This document shows, piece after piece, positions 9,651 to 19,938 of a stretch of DNA of 64,000 nucleotides (its first letter is position 1; each line of letters starts with the position of its first letter). The notes beneath the pieces were generated by a model. It was not told where the DNA came from, ran no database searches, and worked only from the letters and a program-made list of their open reading frames with translations. The stretch comes from Patescibacteria group bacterium (GTDB lineage Bacteria > Patescibacteriota > WWE3 > UBA101185 > UBA10185). The stretch covers positions 776-64,775 of the forward strand of contig JAFGOI010000004.1 in assembly GCA_016926555.1 (NCBI GenBank), in the 5' to 3' direction. The translations under genes and the position numbers were made by a program.

Positions 9651-9669
9651 AAATTACTATAAGTGTATA

Positions 9670-11058
9670 CTATACTGGCTCTGATACAACCTTTTTTTGA
9701 GTAGCCTCGTAGAAGCCAACTTTTCCGCTATTTCTCCCGATTCCAGATAGTTTGTATCCCCCAAAAGGAGAGTTCTCTGAGAAATAGGAAGTATTGTTTA
9801 TACTTACTTGTCCGGCATCAATTTTTGATGCGACTCTTTTAAGCTGGTCAATATTTTCTCCGTAAACATAAGCACTTAGGCCATAAATGGTTTTATTTGA
9901 TAATTCAACCGCCTCATCTTCAGTTTTGAAGCTTAATATAGGTAGAACAGGCCCAAAAGTTTCCTCAGTCAATACTCGCATATCTTCTGTAAGATTGGTT
10001 AATATTGTAGGCTTGTAATACGCGCCTTTAAGTTTCTTGTATACTTCACCTCCGATTACAACTTTCGCACCTTTCTTTTTCGCATCCTCAACTTGGTCGA
10101 TTAAAAGATCCAGTTGTCTTTTAGCTACTAGTGGCCCGATGTTGGTGGTTTCGTCTAGGGGATCTCCAATTTTCATGCCTTCCAATAATATTTTCATTCT
10201 CTCAACAACTTCGTCAAAAATGTCTTCATGAACTATTAATCTCTTTAGCGCGCAGCAAACTTGTCCGCAGTTCGTAAACCGTTCTGTACAGGCGTGCCCA
10301 CAAACTAAATCTAGGTTTGCTTCTTTAAATATTATTCCGGGCGATGACCCGCCCATTTCTAATACAGCGTGAATAAATTTCTTACCGGCTTTTTCATATA
10401 AGTAACGTCCTACTTTTGTGCTGCCGGTGAAGTGTATGGAATCAATTTCCTGGTCGGTCAGCATATCTCCCACTCTTCCATTTCCGTATACTTCATTAAA
10501 GACTCCTTTGGGGAATCCAGCTTTTTTCACAATGTCTTCCAGCAGTTTTCCCGTGAGGGGACATTCCTCTGAATGTTTGAAAACAACTGTGTTTCCCGCG
10601 AGTATCAACTGAACACAAGAAATGAAAAAGTTGGAGGATGGGTAATTCCATGGCACGATAACAGCTACAACCCCGTGCGGTTCAGGATATAGGACATTTC
10701 TTTGAGTATCTGTTTCGTCTAGTACTTTAGGCTGTAATATCTCTTTTGCGAGTTTAATGTTGCTTGCTATTATTGCCAGATCGAATTCGGTGTCCATCTT
10801 ACTCTCTCTTATAGGTTTGCCCATTTCCTTTGACTGTAGTTCTGCAACTTCATCTTTGTGCTTTTCGTATATTTTTAAAAGTGTCTCAAAGTACTCAATC
10901 CGTTTTTCTACGGGTGTTTCTTTCCAGGAAAGTTTGGCTTTTTGCGCTTTTCTTACTATGTCTTTTATTTCTTCTTCTGTTGATATTGATACCTCACCGA
11001 TCACTTCGTAGTTTTTCGCAGGATTTGTAGATATGAGTTTTTGCGGATTTGTTTTCAT
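9670..11058 (-). CDS. NAD(P)-dependent aldehyde dehydrogenase
   Basis: A 462-aa protein with a catalytic Cys region (FTNCGQVCCALKRL) and the ELGG motif (LEMGGSSP). Confidence 0.8.
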   Translation of the reverse strand: MKTNPQKLISTNPAKNYEVIGEVSISTEEEIKDIVRKAQKAKLSWKETPVEKRIEYFETLLKIYEKHKDEVAELQSKEMGKPIRESKMDTEFDLAIIASNIKLAKEILQPKVLDETDTQRNVLYPEPHGVVAVIVPWNYPSSNFFISCVQLILAGNTVVFKHSEECPLTGKLLEDIVKKAGFPKGVFNEVYGNGRVGDMLTDQEIDSIHFTGSTKVGRYLYEKAGKKFIHAVLEMGGSSPGIIFKEANLDLVCGHACTERFTNCGQVCCALKRLIVHEDIFDEVVERMKILLEGMKIGDPLDETTNIGPLVAKRQLDLLIDQVEDAKKKGAKVVIGGEVYKKLKGAYYKPTILTNLTEDMRVLTEETFGPVLPILSFKTEDEAVELSNKTIYGLSAYVYGENIDQLKRVASKIDAGQVSINNTSYFSENSPFGGYKLSGIGRNSGKVGFYEATQKKVVSEPV

Positions 11059-11102
11059 GGTCTAATTATAATATATTATGGGCTTCAAAGTTTTTTCTGG
11101 TT

Positions 11103-12302
11103 TTACATGTCTAAAAAGTATTTCGAGAATAAAGTATCTACTATTGCCTTTTTATCCATTTTTTTTGACCATTCAAGTGCGGATTTGCTCATTTCGGAAT
11201 ATCTTTTTTTGTCTTCAAAAAGCTCTTCTATAACTTTATTTGCTTTAGTGGCGTTTGAGATAAGTATACCGGCTTTTTCCTTTCTCATTTCATGTGATGT
11301 GTAAGTTGCATCGTTTGCAATTATTGGGAGTCCCAGTGCTGCGTATTCTCTTATTTTTAGTGAGTCTGCGAATTCAACATGTGATATCTCTTTATTATGA
11401 AACGCAAGTCCCAGCATACATTTACTTATGATTTCAAGATTTTTGGTTTTAGGTACCAGACCGTGAAATTTAATATTTTTATCGAGTTTGTTTTTACTTA
11501 TATATTCTGCCATCTCTTTGAACTGCTTATCTTCCGGGTCATGTGGGCCGATGATATCCAGGGAGATATCAGGGACAGTCTTTTTTAGTTTGTTTACCAA
11601 CCTAATAAAATCGAAGATCATAAACAATTTGTTTGTTACTCCGGCGCAAGTTGCGACCAGCGAGTGCTTTTTCCTTTTTTTAGTAGGAACTCTATATTTT
11701 TCGAATTCGTTATAGTCCACGCTGTTTGGTAATAGGAATGTCTGTTTTGCGCCCATTTTTTCCAGTTCTTTCTTCATTGGAGGGGAGACGGCACCTACCA
11801 GGTCTGCTGATCGAACCGCAAATACTAGCATTTTGGAATATACGGTATTAATTAATTTGCTTGAAAACCTATTTGTTGAGTAATCTACCGAGTGATAGTA
11901 GTGGAACTTGAAGAAATTGAGTTTTCTTAGAACAACCGCCGGAAAAGATGTAAGTGGATCCGCTGAAATCACAACTTTTCCAAGAGCTTTATATTTGAAT
12001 GTGTAATACAAGCTAATAAAAAACTCCAGTGGCCAACAGACAATTTCGACGGGGGAAGCTGTTGCTATATCGCGAAGAACTTTTTCTTCCTTTTTATCGA
12101 TATAACGGATAATGACTCTGTTATACGATTTATAGTAGAGTGGAAATTCAATAAGAAGGATCTTTTTACCCTTTGATATTAGATAATCAAAAACGATATC
12201 AAGACCCCCTTTTTTCACTCTTTTATCGCTGTATATTCGATGTATATATACTATGTAATCCGGTTTTTTTCTGTCCATACTTCTAATAGAAAAAGTCTCC
12301 AC
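11103..12302 (-). CDS. GT4 (family 1/4) glycosyltransferase
   Basis: A 399-aa protein. Its C-terminal half carries the GT-B EX7E region (EFADSLKIREYAALGLPII). Confidence 0.6.
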   Translation of the reverse strand: METFSIRSMDRKKPDYIVYIHRIYSDKRVKKGGLDIVFDYLISKGKKILLIEFPLYYKSYNRVIIRYIDKKEEKVLRDIATASPVEIVCWPLEFFISLYYTFKYKALGKVVISADPLTSFPAVVLRKLNFFKFHYYHSVDYSTNRFSSKLINTVYSKMLVFAVRSADLVGAVSPPMKKELEKMGAKQTFLLPNSVDYNEFEKYRVPTKKRKKHSLVATCAGVTNKLFMIFDFIRLVNKLKKTVPDISLDIIGPHDPEDKQFKEMAEYISKNKLDKNIKFHGLVPKTKNLEIISKCMLGLAFHNKEISHVEFADSLKIREYAALGLPIIANDATYTSHEMRKEKAGILISNATKANKVIEELFEDKKRYSEMSKSALEWSKKMDKKAIVDTLFSKYFLDM

Positions 12303-14023
12303 GTAAAGTATTCTTTCTGCATATCAAGATATTTATTGTCTGATTTTTCAAACAACGACTTTCTAAATTCAATATCCAAAATATCCAACGAAGCAGAATT
12401 ATTTTTTAAAATATAATCTTTTACTTTATTTATATCACTAGCCAGTACATCCCTCATCGGAAGCAAAAACCCTTTTTTCTTTCTATTTACTATATATTCG
12501 GGCAAGTATCTTTTGGATATTTGTCTGAGTATATACTTTTCCCTGGAATTTCTCATGTCGGGAAATATGCCGGAAAGTTTGAAATCGCTGGGGAGGGAAT
12601 AAATAAATTCCACTAGTTTGTGATCAAGATAAGGAACACGTGCCTCAATAGATGCCGCCATAGAGGCTTTATCTACTTTCATCAGAAGATGGTTTGGGAG
12701 TTGTGTTGTCATTTCGGTAAAACAAATCTCATTAAATACATCACCGCAACTAGGAACAGTTGAATTCAAGTATTTCGCGTAGAAACCAAACCCCTTAGTT
12801 ATATTTCTGGATATCGCGTAGTAATATATTGAACTTCTTAGATACTTAGGAAGTAGATTTAGTGGAAACTTAGAAATTCCGAACCAAGAGTATCCCCCAA
12901 GAATTTCATCGGCACCTTCACCGAGTAATAGGACTTTTATTCCCCTTTTATTTATTTCCTCACTGAGTATTCTTGTGGTAATTAAACCCCCATCAAAAGT
13001 AGTAAGATCATCGAAAGTGTCAATGTATTTTTCAATATCTCTATTTATTTTTGATACATCAATAGGAATTTCATGATGACTGGTTCCCAGTTCTTCAGCG
13101 AATCGTTTAGCTCCTTCACTTTCGTTAAATGGGTGATCGAATCGAGCGGTATATGTTTTTACTTCATTAAGAAGCTTATTTTTTGCTATTATGGCTGCAA
13201 GTAAGCTGGAGTCAATCCCTCCTGACAACATTACTCCCACGGGAACATCTGAAATCAGGTGCTGTCCCACCGTTTTTAACAGCAGCTCCTCTAATTTTTC
13301 ACACGCTTCATCAAACCCGATTTTTCTATTTTCTTCTGTATCAGATAAATTCCAATATTTGTGCGGGGAAATCTTATTTTTAGTGATTTCTAAATAAGTT
13401 CCAGGAGGAACTTTCTTTATACCTTTTATAATGGTATTTTCGGAGTCAGGTAAAAACATAAATCCCAATAAAGTCTTTACCTTATCGTAATCCAGCTGAA
13501 ATTTTTTGTTATCTTTCCTAAGATTGAGCAGCGCTTTCACTTCAGAAGAAAAATAGAATTCTTTATCTTTTTCCGTGTAATAAAGCGGCTTGATACCTAT
13601 TCTATCTCTCGCCAATACAAGTTTTTTGTTTGTTTTATCCCAAATAGCGATTGCGTACATTCCTTGTAGCTTCTTAAAAACTTCGGCTCCCCATTTTTCA
13701 TAACCGAATATTATTACTTCGCCATCACAGTCTGTTTTAAATTTGTAGCCCAGAGATTTTAGTTGCCCGCGAAGTTTTCTATAGTTATATATTTCTCCGT
13801 TGTAGATAAGAAGTTTAGTTCCGGCTTCATTATAAAGGGGATATATGCCTAGTGTAAGATCAATTATTGAGAGTCTTCTCATTCCCAGGCCGCAATGCGG
13901 ATCGTTATAATATACGGAGTCGTCGGGCCCTCTGTGCTTGAGAATATCCGTGCACTCTCGTAGCAGTTTCTGGTTGTCCGACGAGTTTGCGTTTTCTTTT
14001 AGAAATCCGAAAATTCCGCACAT
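12251..14023 (-). CDS. asnB: Asparagine synthetase (glutamine-hydrolysing), AsnB family
   Basis: The N-terminus MCGIFG (Ntn amidotransferase) and a central PP-loop (SGGIDSS) are present. 590 aa. Confidence 0.85.
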   Translation of the reverse strand: MCGIFGFLKENANSSDNQKLLRECTDILKHRGPDDSVYYNDPHCGLGMRRLSIIDLTLGIYPLYNEAGTKLLIYNGEIYNYRKLRGQLKSLGYKFKTDCDGEVIIFGYEKWGAEVFKKLQGMYAIAIWDKTNKKLVLARDRIGIKPLYYTEKDKEFYFSSEVKALLNLRKDNKKFQLDYDKVKTLLGFMFLPDSENTIIKGIKKVPPGTYLEITKNKISPHKYWNLSDTEENRKIGFDEACEKLEELLLKTVGQHLISDVPVGVMLSGGIDSSLLAAIIAKNKLLNEVKTYTARFDHPFNESEGAKRFAEELGTSHHEIPIDVSKINRDIEKYIDTFDDLTTFDGGLITTRILSEEINKRGIKVLLLGEGADEILGGYSWFGISKFPLNLLPKYLRSSIYYYAISRNITKGFGFYAKYLNSTVPSCGDVFNEICFTEMTTQLPNHLLMKVDKASMAASIEARVPYLDHKLVEFIYSLPSDFKLSGIFPDMRNSREKYILRQISKRYLPEYIVNRKKKGFLLPMRDVLASDINKVKDYILKNNSASLDILDIEFRKSLFEKSDNKYLDMQKEYFTWRLFLLEVWTEKNRIT

Positions 14024-14038
14024 ATTTAATAGTTTTAA

Positions 14039-14899
14039 TCAACCAAATATCTCAAATAAAATATCGCCGTCTCGAAATAGCGAATCGGAAACATTACTGA
14101 AGTTGCGTATAAACTTAAGGTTGTAATTAACACCGCATGCTGATATTGTCCTGCATAGATCCGAGAACAAATAATCTTTTGTATTTGCCTCTATATGTAA
14201 ATATTTAACTTTTTTTAACGTGTTTTTAGCTCCCGTTAGTACTTCAAGTTCGTATCCCTCCACATCTATTTTTAATATATCTATTTTCTCTATTTTCTGC
14301 TCTTGGCAGAACATATCTAATGTCTTAATCTGTATCTTTTCCGTATCAAATTCGTTGCTTAATATGTGTTTTACTGAAGAAAAAGCGGATTCTTTTTTAT
14401 CCACATACAAATCAACTTTATTATTTGAATTTCCCAGTCCCAAACAAAAAGGTTTAATATTCTTGAAGCCGCTGACGTTTTTTTTCAATACTTTATAAAT
14501 CCGTTGTGCAGGTTCCAAAGCATATACACTAGAGTTGTCAAAATTGTTTGAGAAAGCCATAGAAACATAGCCGACGTTGGCGCCCGCATCCACTAAGACG
14601 GGGTGATCGGAAAGCTCAAGTTGTTCAAACCAATACATATGTTCTACAAGAACAGCTTGGTAACCAGCATATGACGCTAGCCCGTTGTTATAGTAGACAC
14701 TTTGTCCCATCAAACTAGCGTAATCTTTGCCAAGCTCGAACTTAACAAAAGTGTGTTTTACCATTAAAAAATATTTTTTTAGAAATACCGCGATTTTATT
14801 TGCGCAACTAATTCTTGTACATCTAGAGAATAACTTCAGATCAAGAAGTATAGATCTATTAATCAACCATAAAATTTTTTGTAATCTTTTATTCTTCAC
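14039..14899 (-). CDS. FkbM-family SAM-dependent methyltransferase
   Basis: A 286-aa protein with LVDAGANVGYVSMAF, the typical FkbM motif. Confidence 0.6.
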   Translation of the reverse strand: MKNKRLQKILWLINRSILLDLKLFSRCTRISCANKIAVFLKKYFLMVKHTFVKFELGKDYASLMGQSVYYNNGLASYAGYQAVLVEHMYWFEQLELSDHPVLVDAGANVGYVSMAFSNNFDNSSVYALEPAQRIYKVLKKNVSGFKNIKPFCLGLGNSNNKVDLYVDKKESAFSSVKHILSNEFDTEKIQIKTLDMFCQEQKIEKIDILKIDVEGYELEVLTGAKNTLKKVKYLHIEANTKDYLFSDLCRTISACGVNYNLKFIRNFSNVSDSLFRDGDILFEIFG

Positions 14900-14949
14900 C
14901 TGTTGATTATACCAACGTGTATTATTCAGTGCCGTGATATACTACAAAA

Positions 14950-15561
14950 ATGAAGAAAAAGGGTAAGATAGTGCTTAATTTAGGTTGCGGAGACAAGAAA
15001 TTAAAGGGTGCGGTAAACGTTGATAAATCCAATCTACACAATGTTGATATAGTGCATGATCTTAATATAATTCCGTACCCTTTCCCGGATGCCCACGCAG
15101 ATGAGATTCATATGTACCATGTACTAGAACACCTTGATGATCCTATTGCAGTGATGGAAGAAGTCCACAGAATACTCAAGCCGGGGGGAATCTTATATTT
15201 AAGAGTTCCTCATTTCAGCAGTTTATACGCGTGGGGAGATATCACACACAAAAGAGCATATTCTTTAAACGCGTTTGACATATTTGACGAGTCAACTAGG
15301 CTAAGGGATTTGGGATACACAAAAGCTAAGTTTAAAATAAAACAAAGAAAGCTTAGATATTTTTATACTTGGCCTAATGAACCCTGGTACGAAGAACAAA
15401 TTGTTCGACCCATATGGCCGAAAGGAGCGGAATTTATACTCAAACCATGGATCCTCTTTGTGAATTTTTTGATCGGATTGTCGCCTCAGGTTTTCGAAAG
15501 ATTTTGGTGCTATTACGTTGGTGGCGCTGCAGAAATTTATATGATATTTGGGAAGGTATAA
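14950..15561 (+). CDS. Small class I SAM-dependent methyltransferase (paralog A)
   Basis: LNLGCGDKK (motif I), DEIHMYHVLEHL and ILKPGGILYLRVPH are present. Confidence 0.6.
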   Translation: MKKKGKIVLNLGCGDKKLKGAVNVDKSNLHNVDIVHDLNIIPYPFPDAHADEIHMYHVLEHLDDPIAVMEEVHRILKPGGILYLRVPHFSSLYAWGDITHKRAYSLNAFDIFDESTRLRDLGYTKAKFKIKQRKLRYFYTWPNEPWYEEQIVRPIWPKGAEFILKPWILFVNFLIGLSPQVFERFWCYYVGGAAEIYMIFGKV

Positions 15562-15588
15562 TGAGTTTGGTGATAAAATAAGTCTGTT

Positions 15589-16194
15589 ATGGCGAAGAAA
15601 AAAGTGATCTTGCATCTGGGATGTGGCACGACTCGCATGAAGGATGCTATAAACATAGATTCATTTGAAGCACCAACAGTAGATAAAGTAATGGATTTGG
15701 AAAAGTTTCCATATCCTTTTTGTGAGAACTCAGTGGATGAGATTCACATGTACTTTGTTTTGGAGCATCTGCGGGATCACGTTGGGGTAATGAAAGAACT
15801 TCATAGAATACTTAAACCGGGCGGAATTCTTTATATTAGAGTTCCCCATGGATCCAGCGTTTACGGACAATGGGGGGCTTTTACACATCTTAAAGGTTAT
15901 GGTTATAGGGCGTTTGACGAATTTACTGATGAATTAGCTTCAGGTCTTAGAATTCTTCCGAGATTTAATATAATAAAAAGAAAAGTTAAATATTTTCTCA
16001 CATATCCATATGATTTTTATAAGTTTAATACATGGTATCCAGAATGGGAGAATAAATGGTTTTCTCCGATAGTTAAACTTTATGTGAATTTTATTCAGTT
16101 CCTGATAGATTTAAACCCTGACATTTTTGAAAGGTTTTGGTGTTTTTGGGTAGGGGGTGCTGCGGAAGTGTATATTGAATTAGAAAAGGTATAG
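15589..16194 (+). CDS. Small class I SAM-dependent methyltransferase (paralog B, tandem duplicate of 14950..15561)
   Basis: Same length and collinear motifs (LHLGCGTTR, DEIHMYFVLEHL, ILKPGGILYIRVPH, ERFWCFWVGGAAEVY). Confidence 0.6.
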   Translation: MAKKKVILHLGCGTTRMKDAINIDSFEAPTVDKVMDLEKFPYPFCENSVDEIHMYFVLEHLRDHVGVMKELHRILKPGGILYIRVPHGSSVYGQWGAFTHLKGYGYRAFDEFTDELASGLRILPRFNIIKRKVKYFLTYPYDFYKFNTWYPEWENKWFSPIVKLYVNFIQFLIDLNPDIFERFWCFWVGGAAEVYIELEKV

Positions 16195-16202
16195 CTAGTA
16201 GG

Positions 16203-17123
16203 ATGGATCGTTTGTCTACAAAATTAAATACAGTGTGCAATTATTGTGGAAGTGGTGTCTATACTCCTGTAATAACGTCGAAGGATCCGTCTTTTCACGC
16301 CGAAGGAAATTGGACTTATGTCAAGTGTTCTAAATGCGGCTTGATTTACTTGAATCCCCAGCCTGATCAGGACAGTATAACTAGGCACTATGGGAATATA
16401 AGAAGAGAATATCTAAATAAGTTTGGGCTTAATTTGATCTTTTTTCTTAAACGTGTTCAGGTAAGGTTTTCTAAACGTATTCCATTAATGCGAGGTGGGA
16501 ATTTATTGGATGTAGGTTGCGGAGAAGACCCATTTTTGGAGGTACAAAAGAAGAGAGGTTACAACGTTTATGGAACCGATGTAGATAAAACTGCTCGTGA
16601 GCATTTTAAAAAACTAGGTATCGAAGTGAGAATCGGAAATTTGCAGAATGTTAAATGGTCGAAAAATTTCTTTGATGTTATTACTTTATGGCACACCCTT
16701 GAACATGATGTAAAGCCTCAAGAAACTCTTAAAGAATGTTATAAAATTCTTAAAGATAGCGGCACTTTAATTATTAGTGTGCCCAATTTTAATAGTCTAG
16801 AGCGAAAAATATTTAATGAACATTGGATCTATTTATCTCCTCCCAGGCATATTTTTCAGTTTACACCTGAATCTTTATCCAAGGTTTTGGCAGACGTCGG
16901 CTTTAGAGTATACAAAGTTAAGTATCCCGGTTTTAGTCCTCAGTTGTGGGCCAGAAGTTTTCTCGTGTTTTTGGAGGAGAGAAAATTGATAAAGCTGAAT
17001 TCTATAAGCAGAATATTTCTAACGTTAGTGTTGTTTCCGTTTGTTATACCGCTAAATCTAGTATCTACGCTGTTGAAAACGGGAAGTGTGCTAGATGTGT
17101 ACGCTGAAAAAAAGACCCCATAA
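16203..17123 (+). CDS. Class I SAM-dependent methyltransferase with an N-terminal zinc ribbon
   Basis: The N-terminus carries CNYCGS...CSKCG. The methyltransferase domain carries LLDVGCGEDP and LKDSGTLIISVPN. Confidence 0.6.
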   Translation: MDRLSTKLNTVCNYCGSGVYTPVITSKDPSFHAEGNWTYVKCSKCGLIYLNPQPDQDSITRHYGNIRREYLNKFGLNLIFFLKRVQVRFSKRIPLMRGGNLLDVGCGEDPFLEVQKKRGYNVYGTDVDKTAREHFKKLGIEVRIGNLQNVKWSKNFFDVITLWHTLEHDVKPQETLKECYKILKDSGTLIISVPNFNSLERKIFNEHWIYLSPPRHIFQFTPESLSKVLADVGFRVYKVKYPGFSPQLWARSFLVFLEERKLIKLNSISRIFLTLVLFPFVIPLNLVSTLLKTGSVLDVYAEKKTP

Positions 17124-17138
17124 GTTTTTAGTTTGAAA

Positions 17139-17384
17139 CTACTTACGTAAACTGCTGGTATTTTTTTTATTGATGAAATCAATAAGCTCGGATATAAGCA
17201 GAAAGACGAAAGATAGCAGGAATAAAAGAAAAATACTTCGTCCTTGTGAAAAAGCGGGGCTGGGACCCCCCCTATAAGCTGAGGTTTGGTTTTGTGGCCT
17301 TAAAGTAAATACTACGAGTATGAATGTGAGAAAATATCCTGAGATTCCGAACATTAATGACAATGTATTAAACAAAATTTTCAT
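17139..17384 (-). CDS. Hypothetical small 2-TM membrane protein (81 aa)
   Basis: An ORF with two hydrophobic segments in an otherwise empty 310-bp intergenic region. Weak call. Confidence 0.2.
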   Translation of the reverse strand: MKILFNTLSLMFGISGYFLTFILVVFTLRPQNQTSAYRGGPSPAFSQGRSIFLLFLLSFVFLLISELIDFINKKNTSSLRK

Positions 17385-17436
17385 ATGTTACGATAAAAAG
17401 TGGTAACTAAATAGTACTATATAATGTTTTTGTTTT

Positions 17437-19878
17437 ATGAGCAAAAGAAGTATTAAGAATTATATTCTGATGTACCTTGTTATTTTTACGTTTTCCTGTG
17501 TGGGCCTGACATGGATAAAATCAGGGGAGGTTTTGGGTTCGGGTGATTATTATGAGGCGATATCCACGCCGGAACGTCTGAGAGATAAAAATTCCGTTTG
17601 GGCTAGTGATCTTAATACAGGTAATACCGAAAACTTCTTTATGAGGTACAGTCCCTTTTCACTGCTCACCTTCGTTTTTGAATGGATTGGTTTGAGTGAA
17701 AGTGTCACTCAGAGAATATGGGTTGTTTTAGCGGCTTTTCTTCCTAGTGTGTTTATGTTTGAGTTCCTAAATGTTTTCTTGACAAAAGGAAAGAGGACTT
17801 GGGTGAATGTTTCTGTGGCTTTGTTTTATATCTTTAATCCGATTACAATGATTTACCCGATTTTTTTGAATGTTCCCAAAATTACCATGCATATATTATT
17901 GCCCTTGGTAGCGTTATTAGTGGTAAAGATGGCGGAAGAAATGGATAGTGTAAAAAAAATATATTATGCGATTGTACTTATACTTTTATCCCTCTTTGCG
18001 GCTCCCGGTTTTGTTAATATCGCTGAGGTAGTACCCCTTATGTTAATTGTGACTTTTCTTATTTTATACAAGATGATTTTTGAGAAAGCGGAACTAAATA
18101 TTTTATTATATTTGATATCGGTTGTTGTTGGGTCGTTTATTCTTAATTTTTGGTGGATAAATACTTCGTTTTACTCAACGTTTACCTCAAGATCAGTCTT
18201 AACCGGAGGTTTGGGAGAATGGAAAATGAGCAGTGTAGAACCCTTTAATGCTTTAAGACTGATGGGTTTTTGGGCATTAACCTCATCCGATAAAGGCGTA
18301 CTATACTATCCATTTGGTCCGGAATACTTAACTCGTAAATATGTTTTTTTAACCTTTGTTGTACCACTTTTGGTTTTCTTGCCGATTATTTTCTATCAGA
18401 CGACAAAGGGAAGATTTGACGGCAAACTAAAAAAGCGTGTTTTATTTGCCATATTCCTATTTCTTGTTGGTGTTTTTTTGGTTAAAGGGGGCTCGCCTCC
18501 TTTAGGGAAGTGGTTTACGTTTCTTTATGAGTCAAGCACTTTGATGAGGATATTTCGGGAAACATATTCTAAATTTAGTCTAATTAGTCTTTTTGGTGCT
18601 ACTCTTGGTATTTCCGCGAGTTTACTGTACCTATCCAGAAAACTTAAAAAGTATCTTCCGAAGGAAGCGGATCTTATTTTATTTGTAGTATGTATTTTTT
18701 ATATTCAGTTTCTTGTTTTTCCAATTTTTGACGGACAAATAATTCCGAGAGGAACTTATAAAGCTAGAAAACAGTTATCAGTTAAAATACCGGAATATTG
18801 GTGGGAAGCTTCTTCTTATATCAATGGTCAAGATAATGTAAATCGGATATTAGTACTTCCAAAAGTGAGCTATTTTGCTAAGAGTCATTTATGGGAATCA
18901 GGATATGTAGGGCATCCCGAAGATTTTTTTATTAGAAAGCCTGTGACTCAATATAGTTATAGACCCTTGAGAGAGGGAGAAATTTACGTCAACAAGCTTT
19001 ATGAAAATATGGAGAAATATATTGATAATCCCGCGCAAGAAACAAGGAATGAAATAATCAATATGGTAAAGCTTTTGGGTATTACTCATATACTTCAGAT
19101 GAACGATATTGATTGGATTTCAATGGCCGGATATGAAAGGTGGAGTGTTAATAATGTAAATAAATTGATTAATGATTTATTTCAAAACGATATTGAGTCA
19201 ACAAAAAGTTATGGTTATTTTTCTGAAGAATATTTGATGTCGATACCTCATGTGAAGGGAGGTGAGGGAATAATCAGACTTTCAGATAGTCCTACAACAC
19301 AAGACTACATTAGTGAATTTTCGGGAAAGAGTGCGCTAATTTTTTACAAACTCAAGCCCGATTACTCCCAGCCCAGAATATATTCACCTACTCAAATTTA
19401 TGGCACGGGAGCGGCCTTACTTGATAGTGACGTTCTGAAGGAGGGTTCTCGTGAAGATAATAGGGTAATGTACGTTGACAGTGAAATTGATCAGGGAGAC
19501 ACACAACCTATAGAGTTATCTTATAAACAGATTACGGAAGCAAAGTATCTGGTAGAGTTGAAGGGTGAAACTGATAAAGATTTCCGCTTAGTTTTTAACG
19601 AATCTTTTGATGAGGGTTGGACTCTTGCGGAAAATTGCACATCATTTTGGTGTTTTAACAAAGTAAAATCAACTCATTACACAGTAAACGATTACGCAAA
19701 TGGGTGGACAGTTGATCCAGGGGGTAGAATTCAGGAATTTTATGTTTATCACACACTCTATAATAGACTTAGATTTGGTTTGGCTGTTTCCACTTTAGGT
19801 TTTGTTGGTGCCGCGTTGTTTACCGTCTTTATCTTCAAGCGAAAAAAAGTCATTAGTTTACTAAGGCAAGTCCCATGA
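17437..19878 (+). CDS. Large polytopic membrane protein. A ~430-aa multi-TM N-terminal domain, a large extracytoplasmic domain and a C-terminal TM anchor. Putative GT-C-type glycosyltransferase.
   Basis: An 813-aa protein. The topology resembles YfhO/arabinosyltransferase-like GT-C enzymes. It is adjacent to the methyltransferase and glycosyltransferase genes. Confidence 0.4.
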   Translation: MSKRSIKNYILMYLVIFTFSCVGLTWIKSGEVLGSGDYYEAISTPERLRDKNSVWASDLNTGNTENFFMRYSPFSLLTFVFEWIGLSESVTQRIWVVLAAFLPSVFMFEFLNVFLTKGKRTWVNVSVALFYIFNPITMIYPIFLNVPKITMHILLPLVALLVVKMAEEMDSVKKIYYAIVLILLSLFAAPGFVNIAEVVPLMLIVTFLILYKMIFEKAELNILLYLISVVVGSFILNFWWINTSFYSTFTSRSVLTGGLGEWKMSSVEPFNALRLMGFWALTSSDKGVLYYPFGPEYLTRKYVFLTFVVPLLVFLPIIFYQTTKGRFDGKLKKRVLFAIFLFLVGVFLVKGGSPPLGKWFTFLYESSTLMRIFRETYSKFSLISLFGATLGISASLLYLSRKLKKYLPKEADLILFVVCIFYIQFLVFPIFDGQIIPRGTYKARKQLSVKIPEYWWEASSYINGQDNVNRILVLPKVSYFAKSHLWESGYVGHPEDFFIRKPVTQYSYRPLREGEIYVNKLYENMEKYIDNPAQETRNEIINMVKLLGITHILQMNDIDWISMAGYERWSVNNVNKLINDLFQNDIESTKSYGYFSEEYLMSIPHVKGGEGIIRLSDSPTTQDYISEFSGKSALIFYKLKPDYSQPRIYSPTQIYGTGAALLDSDVLKEGSREDNRVMYVDSEIDQGDTQPIELSYKQITEAKYLVELKGETDKDFRLVFNESFDEGWTLAENCTSFWCFNKVKSTHYTVNDYANGWTVDPGGRIQEFYVYHTLYNRLRFGLAVSTLGFVGAALFTVFIFKRKKVISLLRQVP

Positions 19879-19938
19879 CTGGAACTACATATAATGAGAG
19901 CTAGAGGCAGTCTAATACTTTTACTATTTAAGGTGTCC

